IMG/VR virus record: IMGVR_UViG_3300038379_000089
Coordinates: 1-45,228 of that record
DNA from: a virus
Reading direction: 5' to 3' (one strand)
DNA: 45,228 nt
The position numbers and the translations under genes are program-made. Shown piece by piece: positions 16,448 through 24,094 of this stretch (within the stretch, counting starts at the first letter, position 1; the number at the start of each line of letters is the position of its first letter). The notes under the pieces were generated by a model, which ran no database searches, was not told the DNA's origin, and was given only the letters and a program-made list of their open reading frames with translations.

Positions 16448-18584
16448 GTATCCTTAATTTAGTCGAGGTCAATCCTAAGCCATTCTCCCAAGTCCCGTCG
16501 TCTGCGGGAGGAAGATAGATATCTTTAAGACGGTATGCTTTCTGGCGCGTAGACCACTTACCGCTTTGGGAACCATTGGCCCAATCCCATTTAGCCCTAA
16601 CAAACAGGTTAGACGGATTTTCATACACAGGTTCGCCACTGATAAAGGTAACTCCTGTTTCGGTGCGTTTACAGTGAACGGTGATGTACGGCATCTGTTT
16701 AAAGCGGGATACGTCTCCCTGAATATCCCAGCCAGTCTCAAGGTAGCTATCAAACGAGACTCCTTCTCCATCCTCATCCAGAAGTCTAGCATATTTTTCC
16801 CAGTCTGTAAAGAGGTTATTCGTAAAATCAGAGAAGGTTAGCCGGTAATCCCCTCCATCCGGAACAAGCGTCATGTATTGAAAGAAGGTGGGCTGCCCTA
16901 TCCGCTCAGTTGTAATTACCTCTACGGCATCCCCTCCCGCTTCGACTATCTCATCCATCACTACGACATCTTGGGAATTATCGCCTTCATTAATCGCGGG
17001 GGTTACGGCTATACCGCAGATAAACGGGGAAAGGTTCTCTGCAGAAGAAATAGCCCAAGGATAGAACGCCTGTAGCCGGACATCATACACGAGGGCCCTG
17101 TTATAGAAGTAGGGGGAAGAAGAGGGAGTGGCCGTATCGGGGTCTTTGTAGAACCACATGATCCTGCTTTGCGCCTTGTCGAAAGCCCCCGTGGAATTAG
17201 CCAGCGTCACTAAATCAATGTTATTATAGAAGGTGTGTATCTTCTCTTCAGTAATGCTTACGGCCTGCAAGTCTCCCGTTTGCCCTGATTGGAGTACGTA
17301 GATACCTGTTTCACTCAACCAGACAGGAAGACCCTCTATCTCGACAAGCGCCCTGTTGCTAATTATACCGGAGGAGGTAATCTTTGAAACCTTAAAGTCA
17401 TCCGCCCTGAAGCCTCCGTCAGTCCCGCTGATAGACCATACACCATTCTTGGCAAAAACAAACAACGCCGAACCCACCTCGGACATAGCGAGAATATCAT
17501 GGGCGTTGGGAATGGTAATGACAAGACCGTCCGTTGCCACAAGCTCATTCAATACCTCGCTGGAAGGGTCGGCGTTCTGGTAGCACTTGCCCGCGTTATC
17601 CCTTGCGGTGTTCAGCACCTGTGAAATGTAGACATCCCCGTTAAGAGCGTACGCCACACGCCCTGCAAAGAAACCTACAGCTTGCGGACGGGCATCAATG
17701 CTTTCTACAGGCAGGCCGGGAACAAGAGGAGCGCCGCCATTAGGGGGGATAGTTGCGGCAGTGCGGTCTTTATAAAACGGATCAAGGATGAAATGCCCGC
17801 GGGGAGCTTCGCTGCTTCCTACTACAACACCGTTAAGAAGAGCGAAAGATATTTGCCCGCTTTGGCCTTTTGCACGGAACCACTGGAGGTTATTCGCGGG
17901 GTATACGCCCTCGTTATTTTTGTAGTTCTGGATAGGATCGTAGTTACCCGATGTTCTAAACCATCCTTGATTAAGAAGATTGTAATGATGTTCTTTAGAA
18001 AGATTCTGCGGACGAGCCTCAACATTCAACCCATCTTCTACCCCGTCAAAATCCCGGATACGGATATTTATCCTCTCAACATTAATATCGTCAGCGGCTT
18101 CATCATACTCTACTTTAATCGGGATGGTGGAGGCGGAAACAATGAACAAAGCCCCTCTTCCCGCAGCGAAGGACGCAGAGGTTAGTGCAGATGTAGTTGC
18201 CGCAGGAGCGAGATGCGCGTCTAAATCAATAGAGAAAGGTTTCTCTCCCGAGCTAAGGGGGGAGGTATTATGATCGTAGAAATATACCTTGTTGCCGAGC
18301 TGGACTACAAAGAAGTTAAGAGCTCCCTTTTCCCGCACCCCTCTCCACGTAAAGGAATTTACGGCGAAGGTTTCCTGCTGTCCTTGCGTAAGAAAGAAAG
18401 AGGAAAGTTCGTACTCATTCTGAAAGTCAACCCCCAACCGCCTACGCCTGTTGCCCGCAGAGAACAGCACACAGTTAAGTTCATCGGTAGAGGCATTGGG
18501 CGGAAACGTAAGCTCTGTAGCCTCGGTGATAAGCCCGCCTACAAAACCGTTTATCTGCTGTCCAAAGTTTTTAGCATTTGCCAA
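16344..18584 (-). CDS. Tail tubular protein B / nozzle-like protein (746 aa)
   Basis: Size and position (after a ~260-aa tail protein, before the internal virion proteins) match T7 gp12-type proteins. No motif proof. Confidence 0.5.
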   Translation of the reverse strand: MANAKNFGQQINGFVGGLITEATELTFPPNASTDELNCVLFSAGNRRRRLGVDFQNEYELSSFFLTQGQQETFAVNSFTWRGVREKGALNFFVVQLGNKVYFYDHNTSPLSSGEKPFSIDLDAHLAPAATTSALTSASFAAGRGALFIVSASTIPIKVEYDEAADDINVERINIRIRDFDGVEDGLNVEARPQNLSKEHHYNLLNQGWFRTSGNYDPIQNYKNNEGVYPANNLQWFRAKGQSGQISFALLNGVVVGSSEAPRGHFILDPFYKDRTAATIPPNGGAPLVPGLPVESIDARPQAVGFFAGRVAYALNGDVYISQVLNTARDNAGKCYQNADPSSEVLNELVATDGLVITIPNAHDILAMSEVGSALFVFAKNGVWSISGTDGGFRADDFKVSKITSSGIISNRALVEIEGLPVWLSETGIYVLQSGQTGDLQAVSITEEKIHTFYNNIDLVTLANSTGAFDKAQSRIMWFYKDPDTATPSSSPYFYNRALVYDVRLQAFYPWAISSAENLSPFICGIAVTPAINEGDNSQDVVVMDEIVEAGGDAVEVITTERIGQPTFFQYMTLVPDGGDYRLTFSDFTNNLFTDWEKYARLLDEDGEGVSFDSYLETGWDIQGDVSRFKQMPYITVHCKRTETGVTFISGEPVYENPSNLFVRAKWDWANGSQSGKWSTRQKAYRLKDIYLPPADDGTWENGLGLTSTKLRIRGSGRALQLRFESDPGKDFNLIGWGTVLTGTTDS

Positions 18585-18622
18585 AGCAAGCGCACTCCTT
18601 AATTAAATAAATGATCGTGCTA

Positions 18623-18979
18623 TTAGCCGTCTATCTTTGCCTCTTTCGCCAGAGCCCTTTGCATCTTTGTTATGTATGACGTGGGTCTCTTAAGGCGCTT
18701 CTTGGGGATAAATACAGGCCGGTTGGGGTATCTCTCTATATTTCGTGGTATCGCCGGAGGAGGGGGCACAAGGTACTTCTTAATCGCAGCAATAGCATCC
18801 GCCACAGTAACGAAGCTCCCCTCTAATACCGGAGAAATATACCCCGGCCCGCTCGCTATTGCTACTTTGAAGAGATGCCTATCGCGAACCACTTTCATGT
18901 AGCAGTGCTTTTTTTCGTTAAACTTAACGTCTTCCATATCCGGGGTAAGGATCGTTTTTCTGGATTCTTTCACGGTCAT
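18623..18979 (-). CDS. Hypothetical protein (118 aa)
   Basis: ORF track. Overlaps the upstream gene by 56 nt (14 nt if Met15 is used). Confidence 0.5.
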   Translation of the reverse strand: MTVKESRKTILTPDMEDVKFNEKKHCYMKVVRDRHLFKVAIASGPGYISPVLEGSFVTVADAIAAIKKYLVPPPPAIPRNIERYPNRPVFIPKKRLKRPTSYITKMQRALAKEAKIDG

Positions 18980-19703
18980 TCTGGTATGTCACTCTTTGTT
19001 TACGGGATGCCTGCTCCGCTTTTGCGTGTCCCTGCTGCTTCAGCTCCAGATGCGCCCATGACTTGGCCTCGTTAAGAAGAAGCGGGAATAGATTGGCGTC
19101 AATATCGGGAATAAAGGAATCATCCAGTGTGAATGTAGGGAGCTTTACCCCGAACGCCATAGACTTCGACGCCTGAAGAGTACTGTCTTCGTTACTATCA
19201 AAGGAATCAAACACCATGTACTCATCGTCGAAGGAAGTCCATATTTGCGGATAGTGGTCGTCCTTAATGAGCAGCTTGATCCCGGAGAAGTCCGTAACGG
19301 TGCGGATGTTCACGTCATCTTGGCTGCGGCCTACAATACGGTTGATAAACTCCTCCGGGCAGAGGTAGGTAACAGTTTTGTATTCCGATTTCTGGAAGGT
19401 ACCGGTAGGCGGGAAGGTTTCAACATAAGTCTCGGTAGCAATATTATACCGGAACGAAGTAATCTTGGAGGCGTCCGTGGGTAGGCGAAGATAGTTAGGT
19501 TTGGTACCATCTCCTAACGCATCTACCTGAAGAAGAGTATTGTGCTCCGGGATAGTGCCATTTGTAACGAGGTTGAAGTACACGTCCTCGATAATATTGG
19601 CTACCTGAAGGGATTCCACCGTGTCGTTAATGGAAGAAACTTCATCCCCGCTTGTGGAGTTAAGCACCTTTTGAACCAGCTCTAGAAGAGTCATCTTTGC
19701 CAT
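18924..19703 (-). CDS. Tail tubular protein A / adaptor-like protein (259 aa)
   Basis: Assigned from its position immediately before the nozzle-like gene in the podovirus-type order. Confidence 0.45.
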   Translation of the reverse strand: MAKMTLLELVQKVLNSTSGDEVSSINDTVESLQVANIIEDVYFNLVTNGTIPEHNTLLQVDALGDGTKPNYLRLPTDASKITSFRYNIATETYVETFPPTGTFQKSEYKTVTYLCPEEFINRIVGRSQDDVNIRTVTDFSGIKLLIKDDHYPQIWTSFDDEYMVFDSFDSNEDSTLQASKSMAFGVKLPTFTLDDSFIPDIDANLFPLLLNEAKSWAHLELKQQGHAKAEQASRKQRVTYQNDRERIQKNDPYPGYGRR

Positions 19704-19886
19704 TTATTTTTCCACCGACTTATTATATGTGACTATTTGTTCTGCCGTTCCACGAGTGAGGGCGTCCTTAACGGAAGGGCGCAAGGGTTTTGACGCATTC
19801 GAACAGCTTGGCATCGCGCATCCACTTACAAAGCTCACGGCGAAGAGCAGCATCAGAAAGTGTTTCAATCTTTGCCTTTGTTTCAT
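19704..19886 (-). CDS. Outer-membrane spanin (o-spanin lipoprotein)
   Basis: 60 aa. Basic/hydrophobic signal peptide ending in lipobox FVSG-C (Cys23). Starts inside the i-spanin gene in another frame and ends 64 nt beyond it (overlapped architecture). Confidence 0.75.
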   Translation of the reverse strand: MKQRQRLKHFLMLLFAVSFVSGCAMPSCSNASKPLRPSVKDALTRGTAEQIVTYNKSVEK

Positions 19887-20052
19887 TGTATTCTTTCTCC
19901 GTTTTTAACGCCGACTTGACCTGTTTAATTTCACACGAAGCATAACCTTGTTTGTATACCCAGATAAACACCGAAGCAGCGAGGGCCACAACCGAGAGAT
20001 AGCTGAAGATGCGGAGGTTTCCAAGGACGAGTGAGATCAATCTACCGAACAT
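19768..20052 (-). CDS. Inner-membrane spanin (i-spanin)
   Basis: 94 aa. N-terminal TM segment IFSYLSVVALAASVFIWVY followed by a charged helical periplasmic part. Contains the o-spanin start. Confidence 0.7.
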   Translation of the reverse strand: MFGRLISLVLGNLRIFSYLSVVALAASVFIWVYKQGYASCEIKQVKSALKTEKEYNETKAKIETLSDAALRRELCKWMRDAKLFECVKTLAPFR

Positions 20053-20287
20053 TTAATTTCCTCTCAAGCCAACACCGCCACCAGAACGGCCATCCGCCCA
20101 GACGTACCCCGAGCCAGATAACCCACGCAAGAACGGGTCTACCACACGCATCAACGCATTTCTTGAGGTCTTTATCTGCTTTGCGCCGGTTGTATAATGC
20201 CCCATAAGCAGCATCGTGCATATCGCAACAAGAAACATAGCTTCCGTCGGGGAAAAGGGTACACCCATCAGATTCATGAGATAGCAT
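20042..20287 (-). CDS. Phospholipase A2-like small protein (81 aa) with hydrophobic/aromatic C-terminus
   Basis: ESDGCTLFPDGSYVSCCDMHDAAYGALYN carries GC[ST]xxPD and CxxHDxxY blocks like prokaryotic/fungal (group XIV) secreted PLA2. C-terminus is PVLAWVIWLGVRLGGWPFWW. Overlaps both neighbours (14 nt and 11 nt). Confidence 0.55.
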   Translation of the reverse strand: MLSHESDGCTLFPDGSYVSCCDMHDAAYGALYNRRKADKDLKKCVDACGRPVLAWVIWLGVRLGGWPFWWRCWLERKLNVR

Positions 20288-20912
20288 CCAGTATAAACTC
20301 CCTTATTGTACAGCTATAAGGTGTCTGGTTTTCCAGCCAAGGATAGGTTTCAGCAGAAGCGTTTGTTACGGCAGTAGCGAATCCTGTGTTGGCTTCATCT
20401 ATATAGTTATAAATATCGTTCTTATACGCTGCCAAAAACGGCCTGCCTAAATCCGCTGCTTCCGGTTGGGTTATTTGTTCTGTGAGCATCAGAAGCCCGA
20501 TGACTTTGACTTTCACGTCCGCAATGATATTGCTACGGCGCAGCTCCGCCTCTGCTATCTTTTCCGGATAAGTGTAGTAGTCTTTTACCTCTTTATACTC
20601 TGTGGAAAGAACGCCGTCGGTGTCATACCATTTGAATTTCTGCGTACAGCTTATCGCTAAAGAGATGGCGTCTCTTTCAAAGGTGTACTCGATTTTTACA
20701 ATAGGATTGGAGTAAGTAACGACTCCATTTTCGTCAATTGTGGCATCCAGATAATAAGTCTTAGCTACTGGAGCACCTTCAGACATCACTACGTCTTTGT
20801 AGAGGTCTACGGACAGTCCCGTTTTGAAATCTATATCTACAGGAAGTCTACCCCAATCCCCCTTAGAGGGATGCCCATCTAGTAGTAAGTCGTATATTTT
20901 ATATTTGGGCAT
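20274..20912 (-). CDS. Hypothetical protein (212 aa), tail-fibre-associated by position
   Basis: ORF track. Its start overlaps the stop of the upstream fibre-like gene (shared base 20912). Confidence 0.6.
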   Translation of the reverse strand: MPKYKIYDLLLDGHPSKGDWGRLPVDIDFKTGLSVDLYKDVVMSEGAPVAKTYYLDATIDENGVVTYSNPIVKIEYTFERDAISLAISCTQKFKWYDTDGVLSTEYKEVKDYYTYPEKIAEAELRRSNIIADVKVKVIGLLMLTEQITQPEAADLGRPFLAAYKNDIYNYIDEANTGFATAVTNASAETYPWLENQTPYSCTIREFILDAIS

Positions 20913-21952
20913 TAAAGATTCTCCGTAGCATAGGCAATTAATCTCCAGCTAGCATTTGTAATATTCGACGACAATCCAGTTGTTTTATTGAGTACAGAGA
21001 ATGTAGATGCTGAGCTGCCATAGCGCAGGTATAGATTCGTGGCATCTGACGTTACAGATACCCCCTGATTGTTGCCCTGCGCAAATCCTAAAAGAGGTAT
21101 AATATCTCCTGCTGAGTAATTAAATTCAGGAGTGTTGCAATATAGGGCAAAATGCACATGTTTAGGAGCTGCGCCAAGACCGTGCGCTAAAGTGAGAGCT
21201 CCGCCCGAAGTGATTGTTTGATTTGGGGAAGTATATTTAATCGACGCCGATTCGTATAGCGAATCAAAGAATATCTGAAGTGTTGCCTTTAGATTCCCCC
21301 AAGTCAATTTCTTTAAACTAAAGGCTGAGGTGCTATCAGTTAACGGAACTTCATCGGCATCTGACGGTATTGCTTTTGATGTTGCTGCATTTGTGGCGGG
21401 GGCAATTACGGTGATATTTGATGTACCGTCAAAAGGAACTCCGTCAATGGTTCTTGCCGTCTGTAACGCCGTAGCTGTACCTGCATTTCCGGTAACGCTG
21501 CCTGTTGCAGAGCCGATATTAGGTGTAATCAGTACGGGAGAATTGGAAAATACCAGAGAGCCGGTTCCGGTTTCGTCTGTTAAAGCCGCTGCTAAATTGG
21601 AACTAGAGGGGATGGCGAGGAAAGCGGCTACGTTTACACCAAGGCCGGATACACCCGTGGAAATAGGCAGCCCCGTGCAATTTGTGAGTGTGCCGGAGAT
21701 GGGAGTGCCGAGAATAGGAGTAATAAAGGTAGCAGCCGTAATAGTGGGAGAAAAGCTCATCACAAACGTACTACCTGCTCCCGTTTGAGAAGCGATGAAA
21801 GTAATATTTCCTATACTTGTAATGGGACCGGTTAGATTGGCGTTAGTAACTGCGGTGGTTTGAATTACTCCGGGACTTATAGTCGTGCCTGTAACATCTC
21901 CTACAAGAGTGGTGGCAGTCTCCAGAGCGTATACTGTTGGTAAATACGGCAC
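20912..21952 (-). CDS. Tail fibre-like protein (346 aa)
   Basis: Thr/Gly/Ser-rich beta-type sequence. Repeated P.LGTP.SGTLTN.TGLP-type units (TPILGTPISGTLTNCTGLP; TPNIGSATGSVTGNAGT). Confidence 0.55.
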   Translation of the reverse strand: MPYLPTVYALETATTLVGDVTGTTISPGVIQTTAVTNANLTGPITSIGNITFIASQTGAGSTFVMSFSPTITAATFITPILGTPISGTLTNCTGLPISTGVSGLGVNVAAFLAIPSSSNLAAALTDETGTGSLVFSNSPVLITPNIGSATGSVTGNAGTATALQTARTIDGVPFDGTSNITVIAPATNAATSKAIPSDADEVPLTDSTSAFSLKKLTWGNLKATLQIFFDSLYESASIKYTSPNQTITSGGALTLAHGLGAAPKHVHFALYCNTPEFNYSAGDIIPLLGFAQGNNQGVSVTSDATNLYLRYGSSASTFSVLNKTTGLSSNITNASWRLIAYATENL

Positions 21953-21953
21953 T

Positions 21954-22412
21954 CTACTTAATCCCTTTTAAACACAGTTCCTGTTCAGCCTTACGGCGAT
22001 TAACCAATCCCTGTATCCGTTTTCCGCCCGCGTATACCCATTTGGGAAGCTCATTACACGCGCCTTTAATATCTCCGGCATTCAGCTTTTTAAGAAGGGT
22101 AGACTTTTTAAAACTACCGCTACCGGCGTTGTAGATAAAGGAGATCAAAGCCGCCCGCGTTTCTTCGGCTACACGTATCTTTACTTCTTTATCAAACGTA
22201 ACGGCGGCCTCTTTAAGATCTTCTGCCAATAACCCTTCACACTCTTCGGGAGTTGCAGTATCTCCGATAGACACACCGCCAGTATGCCCATAACAAATAG
22301 TAGGAATGCCGGGAGGATCAAGATAAGCAACAAGGCTGCGGCCCTCAAACATAGCCACAATAGATGCAGCCATTGCAAGGCCGCCCCATACCTTCTTGTC
22401 AAACTTTGCCAT
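21954..22412 (-). CDS. Endolysin, GH24 (T4-lysozyme-like) muramidase, possible SAR type
   Basis: Catalytic E-x8-D-x5-T (FEGRSLVAYLDPPGIPT) followed by CYGHTGG. ATG 22412 preferred over TTG 22451. N-terminus KKVWGGLAMAASIVAMF is Gly/Ala-rich and hydrophobic. Confidence 0.9.
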   Translation of the reverse strand: MAKFDKKVWGGLAMAASIVAMFEGRSLVAYLDPPGIPTICYGHTGGVSIGDTATPEECEGLLAEDLKEAAVTFDKEVKIRVAEETRAALISFIYNAGSGSFKKSTLLKKLNAGDIKGACNELPKWVYAGGKRIQGLVNRRKAEQELCLKGIK

Positions 22413-22587
22413 TTCTTTTCTTTTTCCACAGTTCAATATACTTCGGAACAAGAAGTCCTATTTGAAGAACGAAGTAAATGATTGTACAAATGGCAACCCA
22501 TTCGTTGAGCGTTATAGCTGTTGCCGAGGTCAGGAAAGCCCCGAAAGTCATCTTGACTCCAGCTACTTTTTGCTCGTGGTCGATCAT
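22399..22587 (-). CDS. Holin (62 aa, two TM segments; possibly pinholin-like)
   Basis: TM1 FGAFLTSATAITL (weak, Ala/Thr/Ser-rich) and TM2 WVAICTIIYFVLQIGLLV, with basic tail KYIELWKKKRNGKV. Overlaps the endolysin start by 14 nt. Confidence 0.6.
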   Translation of the reverse strand: MIDHEQKVAGVKMTFGAFLTSATAITLNEWVAICTIIYFVLQIGLLVPKYIELWKKKRNGKV

Positions 22588-22600
22588 TAATTCGGCTCCT

Positions 22601-23761
22601 TTATTCTACAATCTCCATTGTAAACCAAGAATAGACGACATGGATATCTATGGCACCGGCTGAAAGCTGAGTAGTTACAAGTTCAAACTCATCTCCAGCA
22701 GTGACGACAAGGGTAGGGCTTTCAACATCTACTCCCAGCAGGGCCGTACCATTAAATAGCATCGAACCATTCGGCAGGCCGGGAACAAGAAGCTGAGAAC
22801 CGTTCTTGTGGAACTTGATAAGCATTGCGTCGCCAAGAGTTCCACCAGCCGCGTATAGTACTTTACCAGCAAGACGGATTCGTGTTACACCTGTTGGAAC
22901 AATAAGCTTAGTGGCGCTGTTCCAAATGCTATCTGTGTCTATAGTTGCAGTACCACCCGTGAAATTAACAACAGTATCAGTAGATGCCGGAATTGACTGA
23001 GTGCCGGTTCCATATACGACAGCTCCGCGAAAAGCTGGCGCAGACGCCGGAAGATTGGTAAGAGCAGAGCCGTCACCGTGGAGAATAGCTGTTTCATCAC
23101 CAAAATAAACATCCGTAATATCATCATTGCCTATCTGGACAGTGTTTGATGCTGCAACCGTAGTGCCAAAACCGAGCGCCATTGCATTGGTCAAACCAGA
23201 AGCGCCTACATCTGCTCCAGCTCCAAGGCCTGTATTTCCAATGCCAGTGGTATTAGTAGCAAGAGAGTTATAGCCAATGGCTGTGTTGCTATCTCCAGTG
23301 GACGTATCAGTAAGCGCCCAACGTCCGATGGCAGTATTGTTAGAGCCGGTAGCTGCAAGAAGAGCGGAGGCCCCGACTGCTGTACAAGCATCGCCAGTTG
23401 TTATAGATGCCAAAGCCGCACTGCCGACCGCCGTATTTTGAAGTCCATCTGTCAGAGCTCCAAGAGCCTCTTGCCCAAGTGCCGTATCCTCAGTGGCAGT
23501 GGCAGTAAAGTTAGCCCCAGCCAAATCGCCGAGGAACATATTACCCGAAGGATAATCGGTAGCGGCGTCTGAAAGACCGTCAATATCGGTAGCACCCCCG
23601 CCGGGAAGATTTGTAAGCTGGGAGCCATCTACAGCAGGAAGTTTGGCGGTACCATCTAGTTGAACGATATCATCCGGACCCGTGCCGACATCGAAACTTA
23701 CAGAGGTCCCAAGCCCTGCGGTTACTCCGCTAATTGTTGGGTTATTAAGAACAACTGTCAT
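22601..23761 (-). CDS. Tail fibre-like protein (386 aa) with YadA-head-like NTA[IV]G repeats
   Basis: VQLDGTAKLPAVDGSQLTNLP module. Repeats NTAVGSAAL / NTAIGRWAL / NTAIGYNSL / NTGLGAGA, then NTVQIGNDD. A second GDGSALTNLP is present. Confidence 0.6.
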   Translation of the reverse strand: MTVVLNNPTISGVTAGLGTSVSFDVGTGPDDIVQLDGTAKLPAVDGSQLTNLPGGGATDIDGLSDAATDYPSGNMFLGDLAGANFTATATEDTALGQEALGALTDGLQNTAVGSAALASITTGDACTAVGASALLAATGSNNTAIGRWALTDTSTGDSNTAIGYNSLATNTTGIGNTGLGAGADVGASGLTNAMALGFGTTVAASNTVQIGNDDITDVYFGDETAILHGDGSALTNLPASAPAFRGAVVYGTGTQSIPASTDTVVNFTGGTATIDTDSIWNSATKLIVPTGVTRIRLAGKVLYAAGGTLGDAMLIKFHKNGSQLLVPGLPNGSMLFNGTALLGVDVESPTLVVTAGDEFELVTTQLSAGAIDIHVVYSWFTMEIVE

Positions 23762-23765
23762 TTAT

Positions 23766-24074
23766 TTACGCTCCTGCGAATACGTTAACGGTTGCGTTGG
23801 TACCGGAGATCGCTGTAAGAGTAGCGCGGGTATACAGCCAAGGCGCAGAGGTAGCATACCCATCCGTCACAGCATCATTGCCCGCCAGAGAAATTGTCGC
23901 CTGAAGAACCCAGTTCGAACCGTCTAAACTAACGTGGATAAGAACAGTGGCTGTAAGTGCGCCTGTGCCTGTGACGACTGCTTGAATCGTCTTATCTTTC
24001 ATTGTAATTCTATTGGCATCTCCCGTCGTAGTGGCGGCAGTAGCGTCTGTAAGCAATTTAAAAACAGAAGTCAT
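23766..24074 (-). CDS. Small beta-rich structural protein (102 aa)
   Basis: ORF track. Thr/Ala-rich. Directly precedes a fibre-like gene, as the 155-aa ORF does at 25926-26393. Confidence 0.55.
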   Translation of the reverse strand: MTSVFKLLTDATAATTTGDANRITMKDKTIQAVVTGTGALTATVLIHVSLDGSNWVLQATISLAGNDAVTDGYATSAPWLYTRATLTAISGTNATVNVFAGA

Positions 24075-24094
24075 AGTTGTATCCTTTCAAAAAA

